A DNA stretch of 64,000 nt, from NCBI GenBank assembly GCA_004022145.1, contig RCNU01000010.1. One strand, written 5' to 3'. Shown piece by piece: positions 13,485 to 24,561 of this stretch. Every line of letters begins with the position of its first letter. Positions within the stretch are counted from its first letter, which is position 1. Made by a program: the position numbers and the translations under genes. The notes under the pieces were generated by a model, which was not told the DNA's origin, did not search any database, and saw only the letters and a program-made list of their open reading frames with translations. Origin of the DNA: Paecilomyces variotii (taxonomy: Eukaryota).

Positions 13485-15424
13485 CTACAATTTCGAAACA
13501 ATACCGCCTTGTGGACCCCCAACCACCTCAGCAGCCGCCCTCTCACCACTCCTAATCGCACCTTCCATATAACCCTTCCACTCCCCCGCCGTCTCGGTCC
13601 CAGCAAAGTACAAATTCCCAAAGGGCTCTCTCAACGCATCACCGCCGACGGTATCCAGAACCCCCGGCGCGAGTGAAGTGCAAGGACATCCCCAGCCGGA
13701 GAATTCGTCATTTGCCCATTCGTAAGTATGCATCTGGACGAACTCCTCTTCGACTTTGTAATCGAATACGCTTTTCAGCTGATGGAGCAACTTGAGCTCC
13801 CGATCACGAGGGGATAGTGCTGCCCAGACGTGGCCTGGTTCACCACACATGAAGCAGGTGAGGATATATTTCTGATCTGCTAGGCTGGAGGTATCGCGTA
13901 TTACGCTTGCAGGGCCTGTGAATGATTGGACGAGGCCGCAGAAGCCTTTCTTAATCCAGAATGGAGAGGAGAATTCCATCATGGCCTTGGTATAGTAGCC
14001 GTAACTCAGGGAGTCCACGTAAACGCGCTTAGTGACTGGTAATGGAGGTGTGAAAGCCATGGTCTTGAGGACAGGGCCAGGGACGGTCGTGATGACTTTT
14101 CGAGCAGTGTAGACACCGCTGGTGGATTGAACTTGGATTGAATCTTTGTTGGGTTGGATAACCTCTTCGACCGGACTGGAAAGACATACCACACCCTCAG
14201 GTAGTGATCCAGCAAGACCCTTGGCAAATAACTGGGTACCTTGGCGAATACGGAGATACTGCCCACCGTGCTTTCTGTCGGAGCGCATCTGAAGCAGGCC
14301 TCCGCCTGATTTGCAGTAATTAAGGAAATAGAGAGCGGATATGTCTCTTGGCTCTTGTCCTAACATGGCTCGCGTCCACACGGCAGCAGTAGCAAGGGCA
14401 ATGTCGTCCGCACCGCGAGAACGTAAGTATGCCTCGAACGTGAGGGCATCAAGACTTGTGTTTTGCGGTTTCCAGGTGTCTACTTCCTGGCAATCGGCTT
14501 CGACCATGTCGCGGATCTCAGCTAGTTTCTGACGGGTTGGTTCGTCGAACTTGATATAAGAGAAAAACGTTAGCTTCGCGCAATCATTATCTTCACTCAA
14601 GAAGAAGGCACATGGCGCTCTCCTCGAGTATACCACGCATATCTCCTCAGGATCTTATAAGAAAGGGAAAATCCCACATAAGGCAACTCCCCATACGGAA
14701 ATGAAGAACACTTCCCCTCAAAATCCTCCAAGACAACACTCCCCTGCGTATTCTGTTCAATCAACTCAGCACCATATCTCTTCGCCAAAGCATACACTCT
14801 GCTTTGGTTAGTATCATTGATCCAGGCGGCCCCCACATCCACCACCGCATTACTGCCATTTATCGACTGGCTCCATGTCTTTCCACCAACACGATCGCGA
14901 GCCTCGAGCACTATACATGAGAGCCCTGCACGGGTGATGTCGTGAGCTGCTGAGAGGCCAGCGAGGCCGGCACCGATGATGACCACATCAACAGCCCGCT
15001 GTGTAGCAGGTATTATCGCTGGTGGGATAGAAGATTGCTTCGGTAGGGCTATCAGGGCATCAATCTCGAACAGCCAGGATGGAACAGCCAACTTGGAGAC
15101 CGGGATAAGCGTGATGGCCGGTCTGTGGCCACGGAGGAAACGCTGCACGTGGCGGACGTGCTTGCGGTTCGAGGCATCGTAATTGACGATCAGTAGAGTC
15201 AATTTGGCAATGTTTTCAATTGATGCACCGGCAGAGAGGATGACTTTGCGGAGATTGAGAAGAGCTAGGTGAATTTGTGACTCGTAGTCGTCGGGGACGA
15301 ACCCGTTCTTGGTGCTTCCTGGCTGTCCGGCAACGTGGATTAGGTCTCCTGTTGAGATAGTCGCGGGTGCGTAGTATGCGTTTGACGTATTAGACAAGTC
15401 AATTGTCTTGATAGTTCGGGACAT
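13485..15424 (-). CDS. RidA/YjgF-domain + flavin-dependent amine oxidase fusion (APAO/fumonisin amine oxidase-like), exons 15424-14678 and 14549-13485
   Basis: The first ~130 aa carry RidA motifs (VAGQ, ALLNLRKVILSAG, RPAITLIPV..LFEIDA). These are followed by the FAD fingerprint VIIGAGLAGL..LEARDRVGGK, DVGAAWIN and the C-terminal FAGTETA..WKGYMEGAIRSGERAA. Intron 14677-14550 (GTGGGA..GCTAAC..AAG) joins the two ORFs in frame. Confidence 0.9.
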
Positions 15425-16611
15425 TGTTGTATAACAAATGTTTATATTCCCTGTATCTTAATAGAAAGTCTATAATCGAGTACAGCCTTCTAAGTTGCTG
15501 CAATGCGGGGGAGATAGAGACAGTCTTGGGGATCGTGATAACTTGTAACTCAAAAAACAAACTCGACAAGACTGAGAACAGAACTTATTTAAATGTCTAT
15601 GACCCCGTCCAATTCCAATGGACGAAGCAAAATACCTACCTATCTCGAAGTAGCCTGTAATCCCGATATCAACAGACGGAGCGATAAGGGAAAAGACCGC
15701 CTGATAAGCTTGTTACACGCTCACTGGTTATCCGGACAATTCATATTCCGGATTCGTGGCGCCTTTCGCTGTCGCTTGCCTTTCTGATCACAGGCTAGGT
15801 TGGTTTAGAATCTCATAGCGGAGAATGCATGTATTAGACTACTAGCTACTGCAAGTTCCAAATTGGCGGTCATTTGAGAGACTAAAACCAACATCAAAGC
15901 TGCTACTGACTTGAATGTTAGTACCACACTGAACACCGCCATCTTGCTTATATGCGGAGCTCTGGCCGACCGCCACGATGCTCGCAGGCATATTCGTTAT
16001 GTAAGGAATGAGAATAATACACACACATTATCACGTCGATCGGGATAAAGCAAGTCGTCTAGGACAATGGCAACAACAACATAGCGATGTACTTTTTAGG
16101 GATTTCTCAACCTTTTTGTCCAGTGATTTCGCTTTCGGGATTTTTTTTATAACCGTCTGCAGAAGCCAACACATAACCTACTCCACGGTTCATCTCTGGA
16201 GTGGGTAATGCGATATAGGTACTTATATGCATGAAGTCAAAAGAAAGAACTGTAAAGAAAAGACAAAAGTGGAGGGAATATAAACATCATGGACCCTTGA
16301 AAAATGACGGCCAAAAAGAGATGGGTCAAGAGAGGAAAATAGAAAAAAGCCTTTGCTGGATGCCATCTATCTCGTCCTCGTCCGCACATTACCATGAAAA
16401 GGCCACGCGTAACATGGGGAAACGTCCCAGAACCATAAAAAGGAAAAGAAAAGGAAAAGGACTCGTCTCAGATGGTTCTCGCTTTCGAATTACCGCTGAT
16501 CGAAGAGGAATGTTCCGGAAGAGTCAAGGCGATATAGTTGTTGCACGGTGCAGTCTCCGTAGTGAGGATTATTGCTCTGCACCCGGCCTCTCGTGGGTTC
16601 ATGTCGAGGGC

Positions 16612-17365
16612 TTACGATGTTGAGGGCTTCTCGCCGTAGAATCTCTTGAGGATGTCGGCTACTTCGTCGTAGTCCTTCTTGACGTCGGTCAGAGTCTCCT
16701 TGATGTTGGCCAAGGAAACCTTGTCGTCTGGTTCCTCCACGGTACCCGACTCATCTTTGCGTGCTCCGTAGTGCTGGATCTTCTCGCAAGCGTCCTTCAC
16801 CTTGGTCAAGCCCAGAGTGGCAGAAGAGCCCTTCAGGAAGTGACCAAGCTGGGAGAGCTCGGGCAGATCCTTCCTTGATCTGTAAAAGTAGCGGTGTCAG
16901 CACGAGCGCGGTCCATGTCAGATCTCGGTGCCGCAGAGTTCCCTGGATCCTCATCCTTCGAGAAGGCTTCCACGGAGCTCGTTTGTCGGGACAATATGAT
17001 CACGTGACAGCCGGTACGTATGTGTTGGCCACCTGGTGGGGTCGGCTGGGAAAAGGACCCAGCGCTTTCCCTTGCAAACAGGGGAGGGAGAGGGTGACAA
17101 CTAACATGGCCTTTTCCATCTTCTCAAAAGTGCTGTCTGCTTGCTCGAAGAAGCCGTAGACAATGCCCTTGCTGAATTCCCTTTCGTCGTCATCGTCCAT
17201 CTCCAGGATCTGTTCGAAAGTGGAGGGATCGATGATGTTTTCATATTTGGACAGGTCTGGAGGACCTCCATCAACCTACCAGTAGCTCAGTTAGCTTCCC
17301 GTCGGTTCAGCAAAAATCGAGAGACGGCTTACCTTCTCAGCAGCCTTCTTTTCTGCAGGAGCCAT
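16612..17365 (-). CDS. ypdA: Histidine phosphotransfer (HPt) protein Ypd1/YpdA, 3 coding exons
   Basis: MAPAEKKAAEK|..IDPSTFEQILEMDDDDEREFSKGIVYGFFEQA..|..LSQLGHFLKGSSATLGLTKVKDACEKIQH contains the HPt signature GHFLKGSS. Confidence 0.95.
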
Positions 17366-20300
17366 GGCTGGTTATGTTCTATCTGGAACGAAAAGTGCAC
17401 TTGTCGTAGATTTCTTCTCGCTGTGATGGAGTAGTTCCCTGCTACCACTGGCAGAAACTGTAAAGACTGGATAGAATAGACTATGATGTACGGAGTTGGT
17501 GATAGTAGGGTCCGTATGCAAAAAGTAGACACCGAAACAGCAGTGGCGGTGGCGTTGGTATCAAAGTCTCGATGTCAGGAGCCGATCCACTCGCCAAAGC
17601 AATCCAATGTAAAATGACCACGATGGACTAGATAAAGATGCTCCTTTCAGTGGTGCCTGTACCCTCAGCCGGTCAGCACGCTATCCACACAGCATTGGGC
17701 GAGAGCTCTGCTGGCATAAAGATCGGAGTAGAATCGAAACATGTTTTCGCGCTTTTGATAGTTGCCTCAACGCAAGCTCCTAATCTTCCTGCACTTTTTT
17801 GATCTTGCAACAGTCTCTTGAATTTGGTAAAGACCCAGGAGCCCGCTGCTTGCGAGCCACGCGACACAGAGCGTGTTTTGCTTGAGGGCAACTTCGACTA
17901 ATGAGATATGGGCGATTCACCTGCAGTATCCGGTTTTTCTCACCAAAGAAAGACAAGAAGTTTTCCCGATGCGTCTAGTATAGCTGACCGATCTTTAAGC
18001 TGCGAGTCCCCAAGCGAAAATCACTCTGGCACAGTGTTAGTCAAGGTGCAAAGAGGATATTCCCACTACTGATGACGAGGGGTGAGGACGGGATCATCTA
18101 CCCCACGTTCAGGCGGTATCGGGAATATCTAAGGAGGACGTACAGGAACACAATATGCGCAGTTGAACAAGAAAAGCACAGATGAATGGAAACACGGCGC
18201 CAGGGGACCGCTTCGTGTACTGAGTCCCAAAGGTTGGCCAGGGAGGGGATGATGGACAAAGGAGAGGAGGGGTAGAAGGGTAAGTATCCCACCTTGGACG
18301 TTTTAGCTCCTTATCGACGGATAGGCGACGACGGACCGTTTTTTTACGCGGTTATACTACCTAGGGCAACTAGTCGCACCTTGAGGGGGGTTTGCAAAGG
18401 TGAGTGAGGGATGGAGGGGTTGGATTCTTCCTGCGCGCTTCTTCGGGAGCTGGACAAAGTCTTTTGGCGCGTTGACCCAGGGTGGGTTCTGCCTCTCTTG
18501 TCTGCGGTTTCTGCGTTTTTTTTGACGCAGTTCCAACGCCTGCAGAAAATAATAGGGAGATAGATCGCGTTGCGACGCCGATTATCACCGAAGCCAACGA
18601 AGAAGTCTAACCAACATTGCCCGATGGATCGAGCAGCAGTAGTAGGTTGTCACAGACAAACACAGTTTTGATAAATGTCGGGAGTAGTAGTGTGGACTAT
18701 TCTTCTAGACTTAGTGGGGAAGGAGGGTTTCGCAAGGGGGGGGCGGTTGGCGGTGATCATGAACGGGGATAGGAAAAAGCGATGGCAGGGTTGACGGTTG
18801 GCGTGTGGGTTGGTTCGCCTGAAAGACCCGATTCAGGCGCTCTAGCGTCACCAGAGAGACTGCTGAACCAGAAGAACAGGAGAGTTTCTTCATCGTCATG
18901 CGTACCTGAAGGTTCTCTCGAGGATCCACGGGCCGTTCTAAGAAGCTCTAGTAGCAGCAACTCAGTACTAATATGACTTTCTTTCTTCAGGAAGATAGCC
19001 GATTAAATGGTAATGTCCATAATACTAATTAATCGGCTAGAAATGGGAGCTTTGCTGACTGATCTCATAAGAGGGGCGGCTATTAACCATGTAATGTAGT
19101 CTATACTCTAGTGTGTGGTTTGCATGTTTGGATGTGTCTCTCTGCATTCTGGGACTAAGTAATAAGTATTCACCTTGCGGCTTTCCTACCGGGGATGTTG
19201 CCGGAATCTTTAGCTTCTAGTTAGTATTGAGTCGGACCGGGTGAATAGCTTGTCTGATGCGTCCGTCTCCTTTCAAAAAAAGAAAAAGAGATTGCAACAG
19301 ACAGTTGCATCTACGATGTCAGACGAGGGGACACCCCCTGGCCATCTGACAGTCTTCGACGGCGGTGATCATGCTGGCCCGGATCCACTGCTTCATAGTC
19401 CCCGATGACCGAGTCTGAACCCGAAAAAAAAGAATGGATATACATAGATAGAGTAGGGACGGTTGCTAGACTGACCTCGTGGGACTGGGAAAGAAAAAGC
19501 AGAGTTCTCCCTGCCTGTTATCCGGTGGTCAGGTAACTGATTTGCAATGACCAGCGGAATCCAACCTGGCCTAGGCCGCCGTCGACACCGTTGAGCTGGA
19601 TCGCAAGTGTCCCGGCGACTGGCCAGTCAGTAATCCTCTACGGAGTACGACAGCAAGCATTGACGATCCCAGCGCGTGGGGAAGCGAACCAGACGCGGTA
19701 CGATTATTGAAGTTGAGCGTCCGTCGAGAGAAACCTAAAATCCAATCTTTGTCCGGGACACTGCTGCTTCCGATATCGTCGCTGGTTCACCGCTGGCTGG
19801 TCTGTTAGTTTCGACAGTTTTCGAAGGCCACGAGAGGGAAAAAGGAGGGGGGAATGGAATTGTGTATTTAAACAAACGCATCCATGTGTGTGTGACGGGC
19901 AAACAGACCGCTCGGAGGGTCGACGTCTGGAGGGAAGTTCTCCGCCACCCACATGGCGCCGCCCATCCCAGCAGCCGATGACGTCGAGGGCGGATGCCGT
20001 CATTCCACCCGCAGACCAGCTCCCCTCGCGCCTTCCTACTCCATGCAGGTGCGGGCCCCCGGTGACGTTGGGAGTGATTGTTTGGGTCGTCAAAGGAAGA
20101 GAGGGAAAAAAAAAAAAAAAACCTCGCACAGTGAGACAGAAAGGATCTTTTTTTGGCGACGCTGGCCCAATATGATTGTACATCGAAAGGAAGGCCATGT
20201 TTAATTTATTTAATTCTAATAAATTCCTGGAGGATTGCATCGAGACTAACCATAATCCCTGTTGCCTGCAACGACCGTTGAGGAACGTGCTGGGATGAAA

Positions 20301-23300
20301 ATTGGAAAATGACAAAAAGTAAAAAAGTCAAAAAAAGGTAAAAAAGAAACGTGTGTGCGGCTACTCCAGAGAGTCACGATACCGAGACATCCACACCGGC
20401 AAATCTGTGGTGCCCACACGACAATAATGCTACTCTCCCATATCTACGGTAGAGTTGAGTATTATTATTATGGTATCACAATCGAGTACTCTCAGACACC
20501 GAGGTCGGGATCTGTCCTGGCGGGCCTTTCTCGGCATTATTGCAGTAAAGCAATCACTCGCAAAAGGCAGGTGCTGCGATGCAAAAATTGGCAACCCCCG
20601 CCCAGCCAGCGCCAATCTCGCGCTAGAAACTCTTGGACGGCCAGCCATGACATCAGCCTGCATGGCCTGGAACCCTCCGAGAACCCGCGGCTGACTGCGC
20701 CGCCGTGATTCGCTCTCCTCCTCCGTTCCCCCCCAACTCGACGCTTTCTGTCATCCCGTGAGTTTCTCGGGAACTCCCGCGGGGCCTTTGGCTTCTGGTC
20801 TTCCTCCCTAGAGTAGACTAGGCCAATCTGACACCAGACTCGCTCGTACCAGAAGACAAACTGCTTCACAATAATGTTCACATCATCAACCACAAGCTGA
20901 AATCCACAAGACGATTGTAACTGCACTCGATCGGGGAGGTTAAACGCTCGATATCATATCATATCACAATCTCTTGGCCCGATCCAGCTTGGAGTCATGG
21001 ACCCGGTTCCTCCAGACTCTCCCGCCATGGATCTGGGCCCATAAAATGCTGACCACTCTTGCTTGTACTCTAAACGGCTGCTTGCCCGCTGGCTCCCCGC
21101 GGGTGTCTCTTACACGGATAGGACACTCGAGTCCAGGGAGCTCCTCAAATCGGTTTCTCGCTTCCTTAAATCTATTTTGAGGATCATATCATATTGGGCT
21201 TGGGTATCCACCGTTGGAAACCCCGATCAATTGGTGATCTAGACGTATTCTATCGCCCTTCCTTGACTATCGGGGCTTAGGCCATGCACGAAGCTGATTC
21301 TGCGGTAAAGCAGTCGTCAGCAGCCGCGCTTGCATAACTGGTGTTAGTTATTGTCCTCTTGGATGTTTATACATTAAACTAGAATCGGAAAGATTACCAG
21401 TGATCGCTTCGTTCCAAGACCAAGCAAGTAGTACTTCTTCGTACTACGTACTCTATCATCGATCTCAATTGGGAATCTCTTCGGGATTCAATACTCGCTC
21501 ACGTGCGGATATTCCTCCCCGAAAACTTGGAAAGTTTGATGACTTCTCCACGGTTCTCACCGTGACCATGGATAACATCTCGCAAGAATTTCTGGAAGGG
21601 TGGAAACCCCCGCTCTCGTTGTCCTTCTAATCATATACAACATCGGAGGCAGAATCCGATTCCTCATTGGTCCCCTGAAATGCATGTCCCTCACTCAAAG
21701 AGATTGGTTGCTATTTCGGGAATCCATCTCCACGAGTATGGTATATCTGTATCAGGACTCTTATCAGGATGTCCGATGAAGGAATAATGAAATCACTTTC
21801 CGCATAACAGGCTACAATAATACAGGACCTACCTTGCTTTTCCATACTCCACGAAGTGACTATCACTCTGTGCATACGTGACGTCAAACCCGATACCTTG
21901 TGAGAGGGAAAAACAAGAAGAGAACAAACTGATCAAAACCCCGCTTACCCTTATTACTAATGAATCTGTAGAATACTATAGTACAGTACATCTTACTGGA
22001 TTCTATTCTAAAGCATCCTCACAGGTTTGTTGTACCATTGGTCCGGCTCAAAAGACCCCTTCCTATATCCGACTAATCGGAAGCGATAGGCCCTTTGTTT
22101 TTTCCAATCTCTCTATCTAACCAATTTTCTTCTTTTCGTTTTTTTTTTTCATTGGTCCTCCCCCGCATGCCTGAAGCAGTGCCTACTCTACTATAATTAG
22201 CATTTGTAGTATAGATACCCACGTGACTTGCGATGTGTGTACTGTAGCCTCGTCGTGAGGAGATATATACTTATCAATCGGTCACGGATAAGCGAGTTCT
22301 ATAGACGGTAGGGGGTAGATGAATTCCTATAGCTACCAAAAATCAGAGAAAGGGTTAAATTTTGATCTAGTTGCGTTTGCGCATATCGATACCGCGCTCT
22401 GCTTAGTGGGGAAGTGAGATAGATACCTAGCTGCCCCGACAGGAAACATAGTTCCTAGAGTTAACTACTGCTCAACGGACAGAGGTTATCTGGTGGTTCT
22501 TTAGACTGTGAGCAGGAATTATGTTTTGTTTATTTGCACTGCGCCTATCCTATTATTTTGCCCGTGGATTTATAGACAACTAAGAAAACCGCATATATAT
22601 ACATATTTCCAGTACTCACTGCATACCTGTAGAAGCGATAATTACAGTACCCAGCACGTGGACCGTTTCATCTCACTTATATCGGGTTCAATGAAGTGGA
22701 CGACGTTAATTGTCCTATATACCTCACGCAGCGGCAGGGCAAATCGCCGGGATATATATAGCTCCATGCTCTCTCAATTAAAAATATCCCTAACAGTCCC
22801 TGGAACTGACTCATGGGAAGTGAACTCAGGCTAGACATGTTAATCGTTTAGATAACGCATAAGTCCCGGAATAAGGCAGTGTCAGAGCCAGAGAGGGTGC
22901 TGGCTAGAGAGTCGAGGGGGTCACTGTGGGCGAATGCGTCGGAGGTTAGACTCGTAGTCGAGTGCGCTTCGCAACGCTCTAATTGCGCGCTTATAGCGAG
23001 GTCTAGTTAGGTTCTAGCGAGCTGCGCACGCATTTCTGATCGTAAAGTAATCCAAGGACACGTTTTCAGTGGTGGTACAACATGCGCTGGGTATCGCGCC
23101 ATGGCACGGAGTCTCTCGCGTAGGAGCTGCTGAGCGGACGGGTTGTTTTCTAACAATAGCCTGTCTGAGTATTATGCTAGATCACATTGATATAATATGA
23201 AGCACTAATAGTACTAAAAAAAAAAAACTCTCTTTATTTTATCATTCCGCGCTCAATAATCATAACTAGATACCCTACACGAACTTGCAATTGAAAATGC

Positions 23301-23328
23301 CTAAAATCGCTACGCAAGCACAACAACA

Positions 23329-23462
23329 GCCCTTATAGCTCAGTGGTAGAGCGCAACACGTACGTACCTCTCAAAAACAGCTCCCATTTCATTGTTACTA
23401 ATAGATCCTAGTTGTATCATACCTCGATATGTTGAGGCCCGCGTCGATCCCGCGTGGGGGCA
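23329..23462 (+). tRNA. tRNA-Thr(UGU) gene or pseudogene, with a spliceosomal-type insert (23360-23411), a canonical 37/38 intron (23417-23428) and a shortened T-arm
   Basis: Acceptor stem GCCCTTA/TGGGGGC plus discriminator A; D-arm GCTC-AGTGGTA-GAGC (A-box); anticodon stem CAACA/TGTTG. The loop C|T-TGT-A|A forms only after both inserts are removed. An oligo-T terminator follows at about 23478-23484. Confidence 0.85.
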
Positions 23463-24447
23463 ATTATCCACTCAATCTTTTTTTGCCTCTTCGTCACGTG
23501 GTTCTGGGGTATTTTGGTTCGTATCCATATAAAGCCGGAATATTTTTTTTTTCTAGCTTTCTTTTTGATCGGTGTTTATGGATTCTGTATATTATAAGGT
23601 GTAGGTCTGTTATATGACTGTAGAAAGTAAAACGTAAAGATACCGTATAGATAGTTTCGAGAAAAGAGGAAGAAGAAAGCAGTTAGATGGAATCGTTCTG
23701 AATTAATTTATTAGTTCCTAGCGAAACAGACCTAACGATTCCCTAATGGCAAATACCTAAGCAGGCTATTAATCCATCTGGACTACTGACAACTCTACAA
23801 AGCGGTAGTATTGCGCTGGATGGCCACATACCGTAGGCATAGTTTCGCTAGCGCTCGACTGCTATGGTATTCGGAGACGGGGAAGTCTCCGAGTGTCTGA
23901 CTGCAGGCGTCAAGATACTCAACCAGGTAGCTTCTAACAACGAGCGTAGTAGAAACCGAAGTGAATACATGGACAACCGAGCGGTTTACTAAACTACTAT
24001 AGACCTCCCTGCAGATATAGCTAAAGACTGAGACTTAATGAATGATCTCGTTGAGATGAATTTAAGTATTTAGAGTAACAATTATTGTGACACTGTACAG
24101 GGGAGAGCTATGCCAGAAGAAAGCATGTAAGGGGATCTGGGATTAAGATGTATTTAATAAAGTGGGCGTTAGGAGTTAGCAGGACGACAAAGCGGGTACC
24201 TAGTCCTGGTGAAACCAGAATGACCTACCCAAACGAGGGATAGGATGATGATATTACTTCCCACTAAAAGGGGTGTTGCCATCTAATAGCTACACACAAA
24301 GCGGGCTCAAATGGCAGAATTCTCCCTAGAGTGGTGACACTGACTATTGCCATTAACCCTTATTCCAAAAAGTAGCTCAATCTCCATGTCAGACATGTTG
24401 GATCCCCCCTACAGTGGTCCCTGCTGGGCGCCCCTTTGCACTGGCGA

Positions 24448-24484
24448 TCACGTGACCGGGAGAATCCTATATAGGATCTCCCGG
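24448..24484. promoter_or_regulatory. E-box (TCACGTGA) abutting a near-perfect 29-bp palindrome centred on TATATA
   Basis: TCACGTGA at 24448-24455, then CCGGGAGAATCCTAT/ATAGGATCTCCCGG at 24456-24484, about 80-100 nt upstream of the ATG at 24562. Confidence 0.45.
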
Positions 24485-24561
24485 GCTTCCTAGATTAGTA
24501 ATAGAACAAGCTTCTCACCGCTTCCTTCAAGACACACTCACCACACATACTAAACTTCAAA

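Noticed and set aside
18950-23300. Numerous short ORFs in the long intergenic region
   Set aside because: No motifs and no consistent exon chain. The region contains homopolymer runs and is treated as non-coding.
23355-23434. Reading the tRNA as Val(UAC) with one long canonical intron
   Set aside because: This needs G at the invariant U33. The acceptor stem and the restored CT-TGT-AA loop fit Thr(UGU) much better.
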